64,000 bases of DNA from Spirochaetia bacterium (GCA_963666985.2 CAXXIA010000002.1:3040001-3104000), one strand, 5' to 3'; positions 48,784 through 58,591 are shown, numbered from the stretch's first letter. Translations and numbers: made by a program. Notes: a model not told the origin generated them from the letters alone.

Positions 48784-49982
48784 ATCGATTGATTTTAACT
48801 CCGATACTCCGCGGGGCCTATATGGAAGCCCTCAAGGGGCCTGTTTTCCTTCTTTTCAGCGAGACTGAAAATACCGATCTGCCCGAGCTCGTTCTCGGAG
48901 GAGACGGCGGACGCCGAATGAAAGAGGACTTTTCCTCCGGCGAAGTCTATACCGCCGAAAACCGGGAGTGGGAACGGAAAATAGGAAAACAGGCCCGGGA
49001 CGCTCTGGCCGCGATGAAGGACGCCGACGGTTTACTGCCCGCCGGCGTTCGTGTCTCGGGTTTGGGGAGCTTTTATGCCGGAAGAACTTGGGAAGAGGCC
49101 GAGGCTCATCGCCGCGGCGCGGCCGGCCGTTTGCCTGAGGCGGCATGTTCCGGACGGGCCGATGTTGTTCGGGGGCGTATCGCGTTGGTAACGGGAGGCG
49201 CTCAAGGCTTCGGCGCGGAAATAGCCCGGGGGCTGGCGGATGAAGGAGCCTTTGTGTTCGTGGCGGACATCAACGCCGAGGGCGCCGAAGCTTTCGCCGC
49301 GGAACTGAACGGAACGGGAGCCAAACGGGCCGCCGCCGTGGCCGCGGATGTGTCGGATGAGGATTCCATTCGGGCCATGGCCGACTCCGTGGTCGCCGAG
49401 GCCGGGGGGCTGGATCTTCTGGTGAGCAACGCCGGCGTGCTTCGCGCCGGGTCGGTTCTGGAACAGCCCGCTCGGGATTTCGATTTCGTTACACAAATCA
49501 ATTACAGCGCCTTTTTTATGGTGGTGAAGCACTGCGCTCCGGTGATGATTCGGCAGAGATCGGCGTGTCCGTCGCGAAGAAGCGACATTCTGCAAATCAA
49601 TTCCAAGAGCGGCTTGGCGGGGTCGAATAAAAACGGCGCTTATGCCGGCGGAAAGTTCGGAGGAATCGGCTTGGTGCAGAGCTTCGCCATGGAACTGGTG
49701 GAGTACGGAATCAAGGTGAACGCGGTCTGCCCCGGCAACTTCTTCGACGGACCTTTGTGGTCCGATCCTCAAAAAGGGCTTTTCGTTCAGTACTTGAACA
49801 CGGGGAAGGTGCCCGGTGCGAAGAGCGTGGCCGATGTGAAGAGATTTTACGAGGCGAAAGTGCCCATGGGACGAGGATGCGAAGGCGCGGACGTGCTGCG
49901 GGCCATCCTTTACTGCGTTGAGCAGGAATATGAAACGGGTCAGGCCGTGCCGGTTACAGGCGGTCAGATTATGCTGAAATAG
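48780..49982 (+). CDS. SDR, sorbitol-6-phosphate 2-dehydrogenase (SrlD)-like, with about 130-aa N-terminal extension
   Basis: VTGGAQGFG, QINSKSG, YAGGKFGG, KVPMGRGC, TGQAVPVTGGQ, matching SrlD signature segments. Confidence 0.85.
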   Translation: MNRLILTPILRGAYMEALKGPVFLLFSETENTDLPELVLGGDGGRRMKEDFSSGEVYTAENREWERKIGKQARDALAAMKDADGLLPAGVRVSGLGSFYAGRTWEEAEAHRRGAAGRLPEAACSGRADVVRGRIALVTGGAQGFGAEIARGLADEGAFVFVADINAEGAEAFAAELNGTGAKRAAAVAADVSDEDSIRAMADSVVAEAGGLDLLVSNAGVLRAGSVLEQPARDFDFVTQINYSAFFMVVKHCAPVMIRQRSACPSRRSDILQINSKSGLAGSNKNGAYAGGKFGGIGLVQSFAMELVEYGIKVNAVCPGNFFDGPLWSDPQKGLFVQYLNTGKVPGAKSVADVKRFYEAKVPMGRGCEGADVLRAILYCVEQEYETGQAVPVTGGQIMLK

Positions 49983-49989
49983 CTCGCCG

Positions 49990-50104
49990 AAGCGGTCCTT
50001 TGGCCTTAATGCGGCGCCGGGGAATTGATTGAATTGCTCACGTGCCGGAGCACGCTGCGCTTTTTTCGCCGGATTCCCCGGCCTGCCTTTAGGCCAAATC
50101 GCTT
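49990..50104. repeat. Second palindromic element with the same core as 43337-43497
   Basis: Nested stems TTTGGCCT/AGGCCAAA and GCCGGGGAAT/ATTCCCCGGC; core GCTCA-CGTGC-cgga-GCACG-CTGCGCT. Confidence 0.65.
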
Positions 50105-50158
50105 GCTTGGGCAAACTGCTTGTTGCTGGTGAATGAAGGAAATATAAGGAGTAGTGAA

Positions 50159-51427
50159 ATGAAAACCAATGCGGTTCGAATGTACGGAAAGGAAGATCTT
50201 CGGCTCGAAGAGTTCGAACTTCCCGAGATGAAGGACGATGAGATACTGGCGCACATCATTTCCGACAGTATCTGTATGAGTACCTATAAAGCCGCCGAAC
50301 AGGGAACGGCTCATAAGCGTGTTCCGGCGAATATCGCCGAAGAGCCCGTTATGATCGGTCATGAATTCTGCGGCCGGATTCTCAAAGTGGGATCCAAGTG
50401 GGCCGGGAAATACAAGGAAGGCGACAAGTTCACCATTCAGCCGGCGCTGAACTACAAAGGGAGTCTGGATGCTCCCGGATACAGCTTCCGGTGGATCGGC
50501 GGAGCGGCCACCGACATCCTCATTCCCAATGAGGTGATGGAGATGGACTGCCTTCTGCCTTACGACCAGGAAGCATATTACTTCGGCAGCCTTTCGGAAC
50601 CCATGAGCTGCATCGTGGGCGCTTTCCGCGCCAGCTATCATGTTCCGCAGGGAACTTACAATCATCAGATGGGTCTCAAACCCGGCGGTACGATGGCCAT
50701 TCTGGCCGGCGCCGGTCCCATGGGACTGGGCGCGGTTGATTTGGCTCTTCACGGCGATATCAAGCCGCGAAAACTGGTGGTGACCGATATCGACGATGCG
50801 CGGCTTGCGCGCGCCGAGTCCCTCTTTCCCGCATCCGAGGCGGAAAAAGTCGGCGTGGAATTGGTTTATATGAACACCGCCAAAGTCGACGATCCGGTGG
50901 CCGCTTTAAAGGCGCAGGCCGGTTCGGACGGATTCGACGATGTCTTCGTTATGGCGCCCGTCGCTCCGGTTATCGAACAGGCGGACCGCATTCTGGGTAA
51001 GGACGGCTGCATGAATTTTTTCGCCGGTCCCACAAATCCCGAATTCACGGCGAAGGTCAACTTTTACGACGTTCACTATGCTTTCCATCACATCGTCGGA
51101 ACCAGCGGCGGAAACACCGAAGATATGATGATTTCCTTGGAAATGATGAGAATCGGACGTATTGACCCCTCCATCATGATTACTCATGTCGGCGGATTGA
51201 ATTCGGTGATTGAGACCACGCTGAATCTGCCGAAGATTCCCGGCGGCAAAAAGCTCATTTACACGAACGTGAAGCTGCCGCTCGTCGCCATTGAGGATTT
51301 TGCCGAAAAGGGAAAAAGCGATCCGTTCTGGGCGGCCCTCGCGGAGATTACCGGGAAGAACAACGGGATTTGGAACGCGGAAGCGGAGGCTTATCTTCTG
51401 GCGAACGCTCCGGCCATCTGCGGCTGA
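50159..51427 (+). CDS. L-sorbose-1-phosphate reductase (SorE)-like Zn-binding dehydrogenase
   Basis: RMYGKEDLRLEEFELP, SDSICMSTYKA, GHEF, IQPALNY, GAGPMG, GTSGGNT, IPGGKKLIY. Confidence 0.85.
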   Translation: MKTNAVRMYGKEDLRLEEFELPEMKDDEILAHIISDSICMSTYKAAEQGTAHKRVPANIAEEPVMIGHEFCGRILKVGSKWAGKYKEGDKFTIQPALNYKGSLDAPGYSFRWIGGAATDILIPNEVMEMDCLLPYDQEAYYFGSLSEPMSCIVGAFRASYHVPQGTYNHQMGLKPGGTMAILAGAGPMGLGAVDLALHGDIKPRKLVVTDIDDARLARAESLFPASEAEKVGVELVYMNTAKVDDPVAALKAQAGSDGFDDVFVMAPVAPVIEQADRILGKDGCMNFFAGPTNPEFTAKVNFYDVHYAFHHIVGTSGGNTEDMMISLEMMRIGRIDPSIMITHVGGLNSVIETTLNLPKIPGGKKLIYTNVKLPLVAIEDFAEKGKSDPFWAALAEITGKNNGIWNAEAEAYLLANAPAICG

Positions 51428-51568
51428 AAAATCGGAGAATATCCCAAGGCGGCCGGAAAAATTTATACCTCCGGTTTCGGCTATATCATGAGATAATTGT
51501 TTACGGCGGATTCTTTAAAGGACCGCCGTGAATGTTTTAATAACTGATTTTTTCGGAGGAATTCTTAT

Positions 51569-53371
51569 ATGAAGTTCAAAGCGGCGAAAACAGGAGAATG
51601 GCGTTATACCGGCGGAAGGCCTAAAATCGGCATCAGACCGACGATCGACGGACGTCTCGGCGGCGTTCGGGAGAGTCTGGAAGATCAGACGATGAGCATG
51701 GCCAAAGCCGCCGCCGATCTTATCTCCGGGAAATTAAAGTATATCGACGGAACACCGGTGGAATGCGTTATCGCGGAGAGCTGCATCGGCGGTGTCGCCG
51801 AGGCTTCTGCCTGTCAGGCCAAGTTTGAAGCCTCCGGAGTCGGCGCCACTCTCACGGTAACGCCCTGCTGGTGTTACGGTTCGGAAACCATGGATATGGA
51901 TCCCAAGACTCCCAAGGCCGTTTGGGGATTCAACGGGACCGAGCGGCCCGGTGCCGTTTATTTGGCCGCCGTTCTTGCCGCCCATGCTCAGAAGGGGCTT
52001 CCCGCGTTCGGAATCTACGGGCGGAACGTGCAGGATTCAAGCGACACAAGCCTTCCCGCCGACGTGGAAGAGAAAATTTTAAGGTTCGCCAGGGCCGCCG
52101 TGGCTTTCGCCACCATGCGAGGCAAAAGCTATCTTTCCATCGGTTCTGTGTCCATGGGCATCGCCGGCTGCATTGTCGATGAAAGTTTCTTCCAGAATTA
52201 TCTCGGCATGCGCAACGAGTACGTGGACATGAGTGAAATCGGCAGGCGCATCAGGGAAGAAATTTACGATACCGCGGAATACGAGCGGGCCCGTGCCTGG
52301 GTGAAGGAAAACTTGAAGATCGGGGCCGATCCCAATCCCGCCGACCAGCGGCATTCACCGGAACGGAAAGAGGCCGAATGGGACGAATCGGTAAAGATGG
52401 CCCTTATCGCGAAGGATCTGATGAGCGGAAATCCGGCGCTGGCCGAAAAAGGTTTCGGCGAAGAGGCCCACGGACACAACGCCATCGCCGCGGGTTTTCA
52501 GGGACAGCGGCAATGGACCGATTGGAGAGCCAACGGCGATTTCATGGAGACCATGGCCAACACCAGTTTCGACTGGGACGGATTCCGGCAGCCTTACATC
52601 CTGGCCACGGAGAACGACACCCTGAACGGCATTACCATGCTGTTCGGGCATCTCTTAACGAATACGGCTCAGATTTTCAGCGATGTACGCACCTTCTGGA
52701 GCCCCGAAGCCGTGGAACGCGTTACGGGACATAAGCTCGGCGGCCGGGGTGAGGGAGGACTGATCCACCTGATCAATTCCGGCTCCACCTGTCTTGACGG
52801 TACCGGCGAGCAGACCGTAAACGGAACGCCGGGCATCAAGCCTTTCTGGGAGATTACCGAAGCGGAAGCCGAAGCCTGTGTGAAGGCCACGAATTTTTGT
52901 CCCGGAAATTTAGGCTATTTCCGCGGCGGCGGCTATTCCTCCGATTTCCTTACCAAAGGGAATATGCCCTGCACCATGAGCCGTCTGAACTTGATTAAAG
53001 GGCAGGGACCGATCCTGCAGATCGCCGAGGGCTGGACCGTGGAAATCCCGGGTGAGGTTCATGATAAGCTCGACAAGCGAACCGATCCCACCTGGCCGAC
53101 CACTTGGTTTTCGCCTCGCCTTACGGGCACGGGGAATTTCAAGGATGTCTATTCGGTCATGGCCGCCTGGGGCGCCAATCACGGAGCCGTCAGTTACGGA
53201 CATATCGGCGCCGATTTGATTTCCCTGGCGGCGATGCTCCGTATTCCGGTTTCCATGCACAATGTCGCAGATGAAGCGATTTTCCGTCCGGCCGCCTGGA
53301 ATCACTTCGGTCAGGATAAGGAAGGAGCCGATTTCAGGGCCTGCGCGAACTTCGGCCCGATGTATAAATAG
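51569..53371 (+). CDS. fucI: L-fucose isomerase (family also acts on D-arabinose)
   Basis: [57 protein letters not shown]. Confidence 0.95.
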   Translation: MKFKAAKTGEWRYTGGRPKIGIRPTIDGRLGGVRESLEDQTMSMAKAAADLISGKLKYIDGTPVECVIAESCIGGVAEASACQAKFEASGVGATLTVTPCWCYGSETMDMDPKTPKAVWGFNGTERPGAVYLAAVLAAHAQKGLPAFGIYGRNVQDSSDTSLPADVEEKILRFARAAVAFATMRGKSYLSIGSVSMGIAGCIVDESFFQNYLGMRNEYVDMSEIGRRIREEIYDTAEYERARAWVKENLKIGADPNPADQRHSPERKEAEWDESVKMALIAKDLMSGNPALAEKGFGEEAHGHNAIAAGFQGQRQWTDWRANGDFMETMANTSFDWDGFRQPYILATENDTLNGITMLFGHLLTNTAQIFSDVRTFWSPEAVERVTGHKLGGRGEGGLIHLINSGSTCLDGTGEQTVNGTPGIKPFWEITEAEAEACVKATNFCPGNLGYFRGGGYSSDFLTKGNMPCTMSRLNLIKGQGPILQIAEGWTVEIPGEVHDKLDKRTDPTWPTTWFSPRLTGTGNFKDVYSVMAAWGANHGAVSYGHIGADLISLAAMLRIPVSMHNVADEAIFRPAAWNHFGQDKEGADFRACANFGPMYK

Positions 53372-53380
53372 ATTTTTCTT

Positions 53381-53541
53381 CTCCGGGGCGGCCTGCTGAC
53401 GATAAGTGCCGCCTTGGGGATCACGGGGGCGTACCGCGTAACCGCGTAAATATCAGTGTGCTGACGTCGGAAACGGACAGCTTTGAGAACGTACCGGACA
53501 TCTGCGCGGAAGACTGCACGGCAGTGAGGTACGCCCCGATC
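53381..53541 (+). other. Structured intergenic element (multi-stem)
   Basis: Hairpin 53381-53420, then a closing stem GGGGCGTACC/GGTACGCCCC enclosing inner stems, one with a GAAA tetraloop. Confidence 0.5.
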
Positions 53542-53569
53542 AATATTCCACAATTCCGGGAGAACCGTA

Positions 53570-55069
53570 ATGAGCTACACAGTCGCCGTCTTGGACATCG
53601 GAAAGACCAACAAGAAAGTCGCTTTATATGATGAAGAGATGAACCCCATCGCCGTACGTAAGAGAAAGATTGAAACGTACGTACAGGATGGTCTGGATAT
53701 CGAAGACATCGAAACGGTGGTCGACTGGTTCCTTCAGCAGCTCGGGGAACTCGGGAAGGAATATGAGATTCGAAGCATTGCCGTTACAACACACGGCGCC
53801 ACGTTCGTTTGTCTTGACGGTGAAGGACATCCGTCGGTTCCGCCTGTGGCCTACACCAACGAAGTGGATGAGAGCGTTCATGAACGGTTTTGGGCCGCCA
53901 TGGGAAACCCCAAGGAAATTCAGCGAAACACCGCAACCGCTGAAGTCAAGCCTTTAATCAATCCGGCCAAGCTCCTTTGGTTTTTGAAGGAAAGCCGGCC
54001 TGAGGATTTTAAGCGGACCAAGCATATCCTTCTCTATCCGCAGTACTTTGCCTACAGGCTGACCGGCAGGATCGCGGCCGACATTACCTATACGGGCTGT
54101 CACAGCTACCTCTGGGACTTCGGAAAGAACGATTGGTCGGAAGTGACCGATAAGCTTGGGATTCGCGGCATGCTGCCGAAGAAGCCGGGACTGCCGACCG
54201 AAGAGCTCGGTCCCCTTTCGCCGGAAGTTGCCGCACGGACCGGTTTGTCTCCGGATGTAAAAGTTACGCTGGGGATTCACGATTCCAATTCGTCGCTCAT
54301 TCCCTATTTGATTACTCAAAAGAAAGATTTCGTGCTGAATTCCACCGGAACCTGGTGCGTAGCCATGCATCCGGTGGACCAAGTGCGTTTCGAAGCCGAT
54401 GAGCTGGGAAAGATGATCTTCTACAACTTATCGTTTGAGGGACGGCCGGTGAAAACGTCCATCCTCATGGGCGGGTTGGAATACGCCTTTTATACCGAAG
54501 CCGTCATGAAGCATCACGGCAGGCAGGAATGGCCGGATTATGATCCGGCGATGTATGCCGATATCCTTTCCCTGCCGCGGACCTTCCTGCTTCCGTCCCT
54601 GGTTCCGGGAAGCGGTCAGTTCCCCGACTCGGTCGCCAGAGTCGTTGACGAGGGAGAAGAGTATTCGCCGAACGATATCGAAACCGGGAACCGCTGGCCC
54701 AAGGCTTTCGAGGATTATCGCGCCGGATTCGCTCTGGCCAATCTTTCTCTGGCCATTCAAACCCGTATCGCGCTGCTTCGCGTCGGACTTACCCCCGGAA
54801 CGGAAGTGTTCATCGAGGGCGGATTCCGGCAGAACGAAAATTACGGCGCCCTTCTCGGTGCGCTGCTCCCGGAAAATCCTCTCTATTTAACGTCTCTTGA
54901 TGAAGCGACAAGTTTCGGCGCGGCTCTGACGGCCAAAGCCCTGGCGGACGGTGTGTCCGTTGCGTCCTTAAAAAAGTATGTCAAACTCGACAAGCAGCCG
55001 GTAACCCCGGCCCGATTGGATGGGCTGGAGGATTATGTCGCGGCGTTTATGGCGTATATCGAGGGCTGA
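53570..55069 (+). CDS. FGGY-family carbohydrate kinase (RhaK-like; probable fuculo/rhamnulokinase)
   Basis: AVLDIGKTNKK, TTHGA, GIHDSNSS, STGTW, IEGGF. Confidence 0.85.
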   Translation: MSYTVAVLDIGKTNKKVALYDEEMNPIAVRKRKIETYVQDGLDIEDIETVVDWFLQQLGELGKEYEIRSIAVTTHGATFVCLDGEGHPSVPPVAYTNEVDESVHERFWAAMGNPKEIQRNTATAEVKPLINPAKLLWFLKESRPEDFKRTKHILLYPQYFAYRLTGRIAADITYTGCHSYLWDFGKNDWSEVTDKLGIRGMLPKKPGLPTEELGPLSPEVAARTGLSPDVKVTLGIHDSNSSLIPYLITQKKDFVLNSTGTWCVAMHPVDQVRFEADELGKMIFYNLSFEGRPVKTSILMGGLEYAFYTEAVMKHHGRQEWPDYDPAMYADILSLPRTFLLPSLVPGSGQFPDSVARVVDEGEEYSPNDIETGNRWPKAFEDYRAGFALANLSLAIQTRIALLRVGLTPGTEVFIEGGFRQNENYGALLGALLPENPLYLTSLDEATSFGAALTAKALADGVSVASLKKYVKLDKQPVTPARLDGLEDYVAAFMAYIEG

Positions 55070-55204
55070 TTCGCTTCCTGCGGCAAAGCGGTGAATCCGC
55101 AGCCGCGGGATTGAATGTTCCGGCCGTGCCTGCGATTCCGCCTGAGGCGGGGGAGTGATTCGATAAGTCGTTTAGGGGTATCCTGAAAGCCCGAGGTATT
55201 TTTC

Positions 55205-55909
55205 ATGCCCCTGCACATCGATAATTTCCATATCGCCGCGGATGATTTTCCAACAACCGAACAGTATCCCTATTCCCTGGAACTCGTTAGGACGATGTCC
55301 GGGGTTTCCTTTGATTCTCCGATTACGCTGTTTGTCGGGGAGAACGGAACCGGAAAATCCACCATCCTTGAAGCTCTGGCCAGAGCCTGCGGCGTTCATA
55401 TTTGGCGCTTTGAAACGGGCGCTCGCTATAGAAACAACCGTTTTGAGGAAACCCTTTACAGGCATATTCGCGTCGGATGGACCCGCGGACCGGTTCCCGG
55501 AGCTTTTTTCGGTTCCGAAATTTTCAAGGATTTCGCCTATCTGCTCGATGAATGGGCTTCCACGGACCCCGGACAGCTGAAATATTTCGGAGGGGAATCC
55601 CTCGTTACTCAATCCCACGGCCAGTCCATGATGGCTTATTTTCAATCCCGATACGCCGTTAAGGGACTCTATTTTCTGGATGAACCCGAGACGGCTCTCT
55701 CTCCGCGCAGCCAAATGGAACTGATGGAGATTATTCAAAAGAACGCGGGCGCCGGTCATGCCCAATTCGTGATTACGACGCATTCGCCGCTTCTTCTGAC
55801 CATGGAAGGGGCCCGGATTTACAGTTTTGATCATCTTCCCGTGAAAAGCGTTTCTTTTCGGGAAACCGAGCATTTTCGTGTGTATAAGGAATTCTTTTCG
55901 GGATTCTGA
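55205..55909 (+). CDS. Stand-alone ABC-type ATPase (COG3910-like)
   Basis: GENGTGKST, QSHGQS signature, LDEPE, TTHSP. Confidence 0.82.
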   Translation: MPLHIDNFHIAADDFPTTEQYPYSLELVRTMSGVSFDSPITLFVGENGTGKSTILEALARACGVHIWRFETGARYRNNRFEETLYRHIRVGWTRGPVPGAFFGSEIFKDFAYLLDEWASTDPGQLKYFGGESLVTQSHGQSMMAYFQSRYAVKGLYFLDEPETALSPRSQMELMEIIQKNAGAGHAQFVITTHSPLLLTMEGARIYSFDHLPVKSVSFRETEHFRVYKEFFSGF

Positions 55910-55963
55910 TTGCCGCGGTGATGCCGGAACGTACGGCTGAAACCGTTGAAAATTGTGTTTCTT

Positions 55964-56686
55964 TTACGGATCGGTCGGGTCGTCCGATTCGGTCAATTCC
56001 TCCAAAAGTGTTCGTACGGATGTGTTTTCACCGTATTCCAAAGACTGTTTCAGACTTAGGATCGCCTTTTCCCTATATCCCAGGCCGAAGGCTTGAATCT
56101 CTGCGATGATGAGGTAAAGATGAGAATCTCGATGTCCTTTCTCAATCAGACGAAGGAATCGTTCAAGGGCTTCGTTATAGCGTGATTTTCTGTAAAAAAA
56201 AGCGCCTTCGAGGGCCAGCAGCCGGGAATCTTCTTCATCGATATATCGGGCTCTCTCCAGATATTCTTCGGCTTGCTTCCATTCCAGGGCGTTCAGTGAA
56301 GATTCGGCTTTATCGAGCAGATGAGATTGAGAGAGAAGCCGGGCATAGAGAACTTGTTTTCGGCTGGTAAAATTTAAATCGACGATTCGGCTTTCAAAGT
56401 CGTCTTTTGAGAGCCGAAGTGTGTGATTTCCCCGGCTGAGGCCGGGAAGAACGAATCTTCCGTCGATATCGGTAATCGATGAATATTTATCTTTGCCGTC
56501 CGCCCGGACGACCGCTCCGCGGCAGGGACGATTTTCCGAATCATAGACGATGCCGATGAAGTCGGCTTGCAAAAAATCGCCCATATCTTCATTCCCGGCT
56601 TTCGGAGAAGAGGAACACGCGGCTGTAATCAGCATGACGCCGATAAGGGCGATGATGAGACAGAATGAGTTTCGGCGGCTGTTCAT
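55964..56686 (-). CDS. Lipoprotein with carboxypeptidase-regulatory-like beta domain and TPR region (possible pilotin-like)
   Basis: Lipobox-like ITAAC, GIVYD...TDIDGRF, helical TPR-like C-terminus; ATGA overlap with the upstream gene. Confidence 0.7.
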   Translation of the reverse strand: MNSRRNSFCLIIALIGVMLITAACSSSPKAGNEDMGDFLQADFIGIVYDSENRPCRGAVVRADGKDKYSSITDIDGRFVLPGLSRGNHTLRLSKDDFESRIVDLNFTSRKQVLYARLLSQSHLLDKAESSLNALEWKQAEEYLERARYIDEEDSRLLALEGAFFYRKSRYNEALERFLRLIEKGHRDSHLYLIIAEIQAFGLGYREKAILSLKQSLEYGENTSVRTLLEELTESDDPTDP

Positions 56687-57594
56687 GAACATTCCTCCCG
56701 AGGGACTACGTGAGTCTTCTCTTCGATTCGGATTATTAAAAGACCGTCATCGTCGGAAAGCAGGCGCCAACCGGAGCGTTCTTCTCCGACACGCAGACGG
56801 CGGATTCGGCCTGTTCGGCCGTCCTTCATGGCATAGATATATCCCCCCGATCCTTCGATATAGCGTCCCACGATGCATATCGGAATAGCCGGAGTATCGG
56901 ATTCAGGAAAACTCGCTTCTTCGGGTTCCGGCGGCTCAAGCGGCCGAGGAGACGATTGAGGAGAGGCGTTACGGAACGTCGGCCCGAAAAGAATCTCGGC
57001 GGCCGCCGCAAGAGCATCGGGTGTTTTTGCGACGAGGTTTTTTTCAAAACCGATACTTTTACCGATGGCCGTATCGATTTGTATCGAGGAATCGTATTCA
57101 CCGATTTCTTCTTTGTTACAGCGGGCCGGAAGGATTGTAAGTGTTACGGAGAGTCTTTTATCGAGTACTGTGAAGGAAGCGCGGGAAACATCCAGGATCG
57201 GTTCGGCGGATTCCAGAATCATCAGAAACGGCATGACCTGCGCCGGAAGTCCTGAAAAGATAATCTCCAGAGTGGGAATTTCGTTTCGAAGAAAAAAAGA
57301 ATAGGAGGAAACCGAGAGTCCCAGCCTATCGGTCTCGTCGATGATGATGGCGGCGGACTCGATAAAATGATCATACGGCGGATCATCGTACCGTTCGCGT
57401 TCTTCGGCGATTTTATTCCGCAGTACGGCGTTAATGCGGTTTGGATCCTCGAGCCGTTTTTTCTCCGCCGGCGCGGGGAAAAAGGCCGCCGAAGGGAATG
57501 ACTTTTCCGTATTTCGTGAGAGCAAGGCCGCGACGGCTCCGGCTCCCAAGGAAAGGAGAATGAAGATAATGATGAGAAGGCGTTTAAGGACCAT
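56683..57594 (-). CDS. Bitopic membrane protein, PilO/GspM-like
   Basis: N-terminal TM (MVLKRLLIIIFILLSLG), ferredoxin-like segment (F...LE), position in a secretion operon. Confidence 0.5.
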   Translation of the reverse strand: MVLKRLLIIIFILLSLGAGAVAALLSRNTEKSFPSAAFFPAPAEKKRLEDPNRINAVLRNKIAEERERYDDPPYDHFIESAAIIIDETDRLGLSVSSYSFFLRNEIPTLEIIFSGLPAQVMPFLMILESAEPILDVSRASFTVLDKRLSVTLTILPARCNKEEIGEYDSSIQIDTAIGKSIGFEKNLVAKTPDALAAAAEILFGPTFRNASPQSSPRPLEPPEPEEASFPESDTPAIPICIVGRYIEGSGGYIYAMKDGRTGRIRRLRVGEERSGWRLLSDDDGLLIIRIEEKTHVVPREECS

Positions 57595-58591
57595 CAAAGA
57601 GCCCCTCGATTGAAATCTCCCGGTTCTCAAGGCCCCCGGATTCGGCGACTTCAACGGCGTTAATACCGGAAAAACGGGGATGAGCACGCAGAGAGCGAAC
57701 CAGGGCCATCGGGTCGGAGGAACGGCCCTTGAAGCGGAACCCGCGGCCGTCGACGGAAAGGTATGTGATTTCCAGATTCGAAGCGGTCGCGGGTGCGGCG
57801 ATGCCGGTATTTTTTTCGCCTGAGTCCGAACCGGCGCTTCCGGCTTCCGCAAGAGCGGCCAGCAGATCCGTCGGACGCCTGGGACGGCCGCGGACGAGGT
57901 TTTGCCATTGATTTTCCAGGGCCGACAGTTCGGCTTTCCGCTCCGTTTCGGCGGCGATTCTGCTTTCTTGGAGCCGAGAGGCTTCAAAGAGCAACGACGC
58001 GGTTTCTTTGTCTTTACGGACCAGCGTGACGGGGATAAGGGATGAGACCGCCAGAAAAACAGCGACAGATAGGGGAAGAAGAATATCCGCAGGCCGTTTG
58101 CGGCGGGGGCGGAAGACTTCCCTGATGCGGCGGGAGTGTGACGGAACGGCCGGGTGGTTTTGGTCGCGGTGACTCCGGGGAAAATCCCGCTCGCCGGGTT
58201 TGTGTAATTCATCTTGCCGTTCATCCGGGAGCGCCGTTAGTGCTTTTTCGGCTTCCGGAACCGTAATGCGCGCCAGAGGAAATCTGCTTCGAATCAAGTT
58301 GAGTCTTTCCTTGAGGATCAGGACGGCGACGGCGCGGCGGGTTTGTCCTCTTTGCGGTGAAAGGAGAGTGTCCGTTTCATATCGTTCAAGGGGTCCCGGA
58401 ATATGGGAGGCCGTCTTTACTTCCGGAAAGCGGCGGAATTTATTCCAGGATTGTATCGGCGCGTCCTCGATAACAAGTTCCACGAGGATCGAATCCAATG
58501 CAAGAGTAAGGACGCGTCGGCTGAACGCTATGTCCGGCGAGCAGATAAGATCGTCTCCGGAAAAGCCGATCCGGATAAGTTTCGTCTTCAT
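57584..58591 (-). CDS. PilN/GspL-like protein
   Basis: Central TM, coiled coil, ITYLSVDG..FRFKGRS...LVRSL..HPRF. Confidence 0.6.
   Translation of the reverse strand: MKTKLIRIGFSGDDLICSPDIAFSRRVLTLALDSILVELVIEDAPIQSWNKFRRFPEVKTASHIPGPLERYETDTLLSPQRGQTRRAVAVLILKERLNLIRSRFPLARITVPEAEKALTALPDERQDELHKPGERDFPRSHRDQNHPAVPSHSRRIREVFRPRRKRPADILLPLSVAVFLAVSSLIPVTLVRKDKETASLLFEASRLQESRIAAETERKAELSALENQWQNLVRGRPRRPTDLLAALAEAGSAGSDSGEKNTGIAAPATASNLEITYLSVDGRGFRFKGRSSDPMALVRSLRAHPRFSGINAVEVAESGGLENREISIEGLFDGP

Noticed and set aside
53396..53475. Possible hammerhead ribozyme (CTGACGA ... GAAA)
   Set aside because: Could not build the required three-stem junction linking the two core motifs
55205..55909. 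ATPase as part of an anti-phage system
   Set aside because: No adjacent nuclease or effector gene; it resembles a common stand-alone ABC-type ATPase
57595..58224. Long N-terminal extension of ORF 56683-58224
   Set aside because: Overlaps the PilN-like gene in another frame; plausible start with TM segment at 57594
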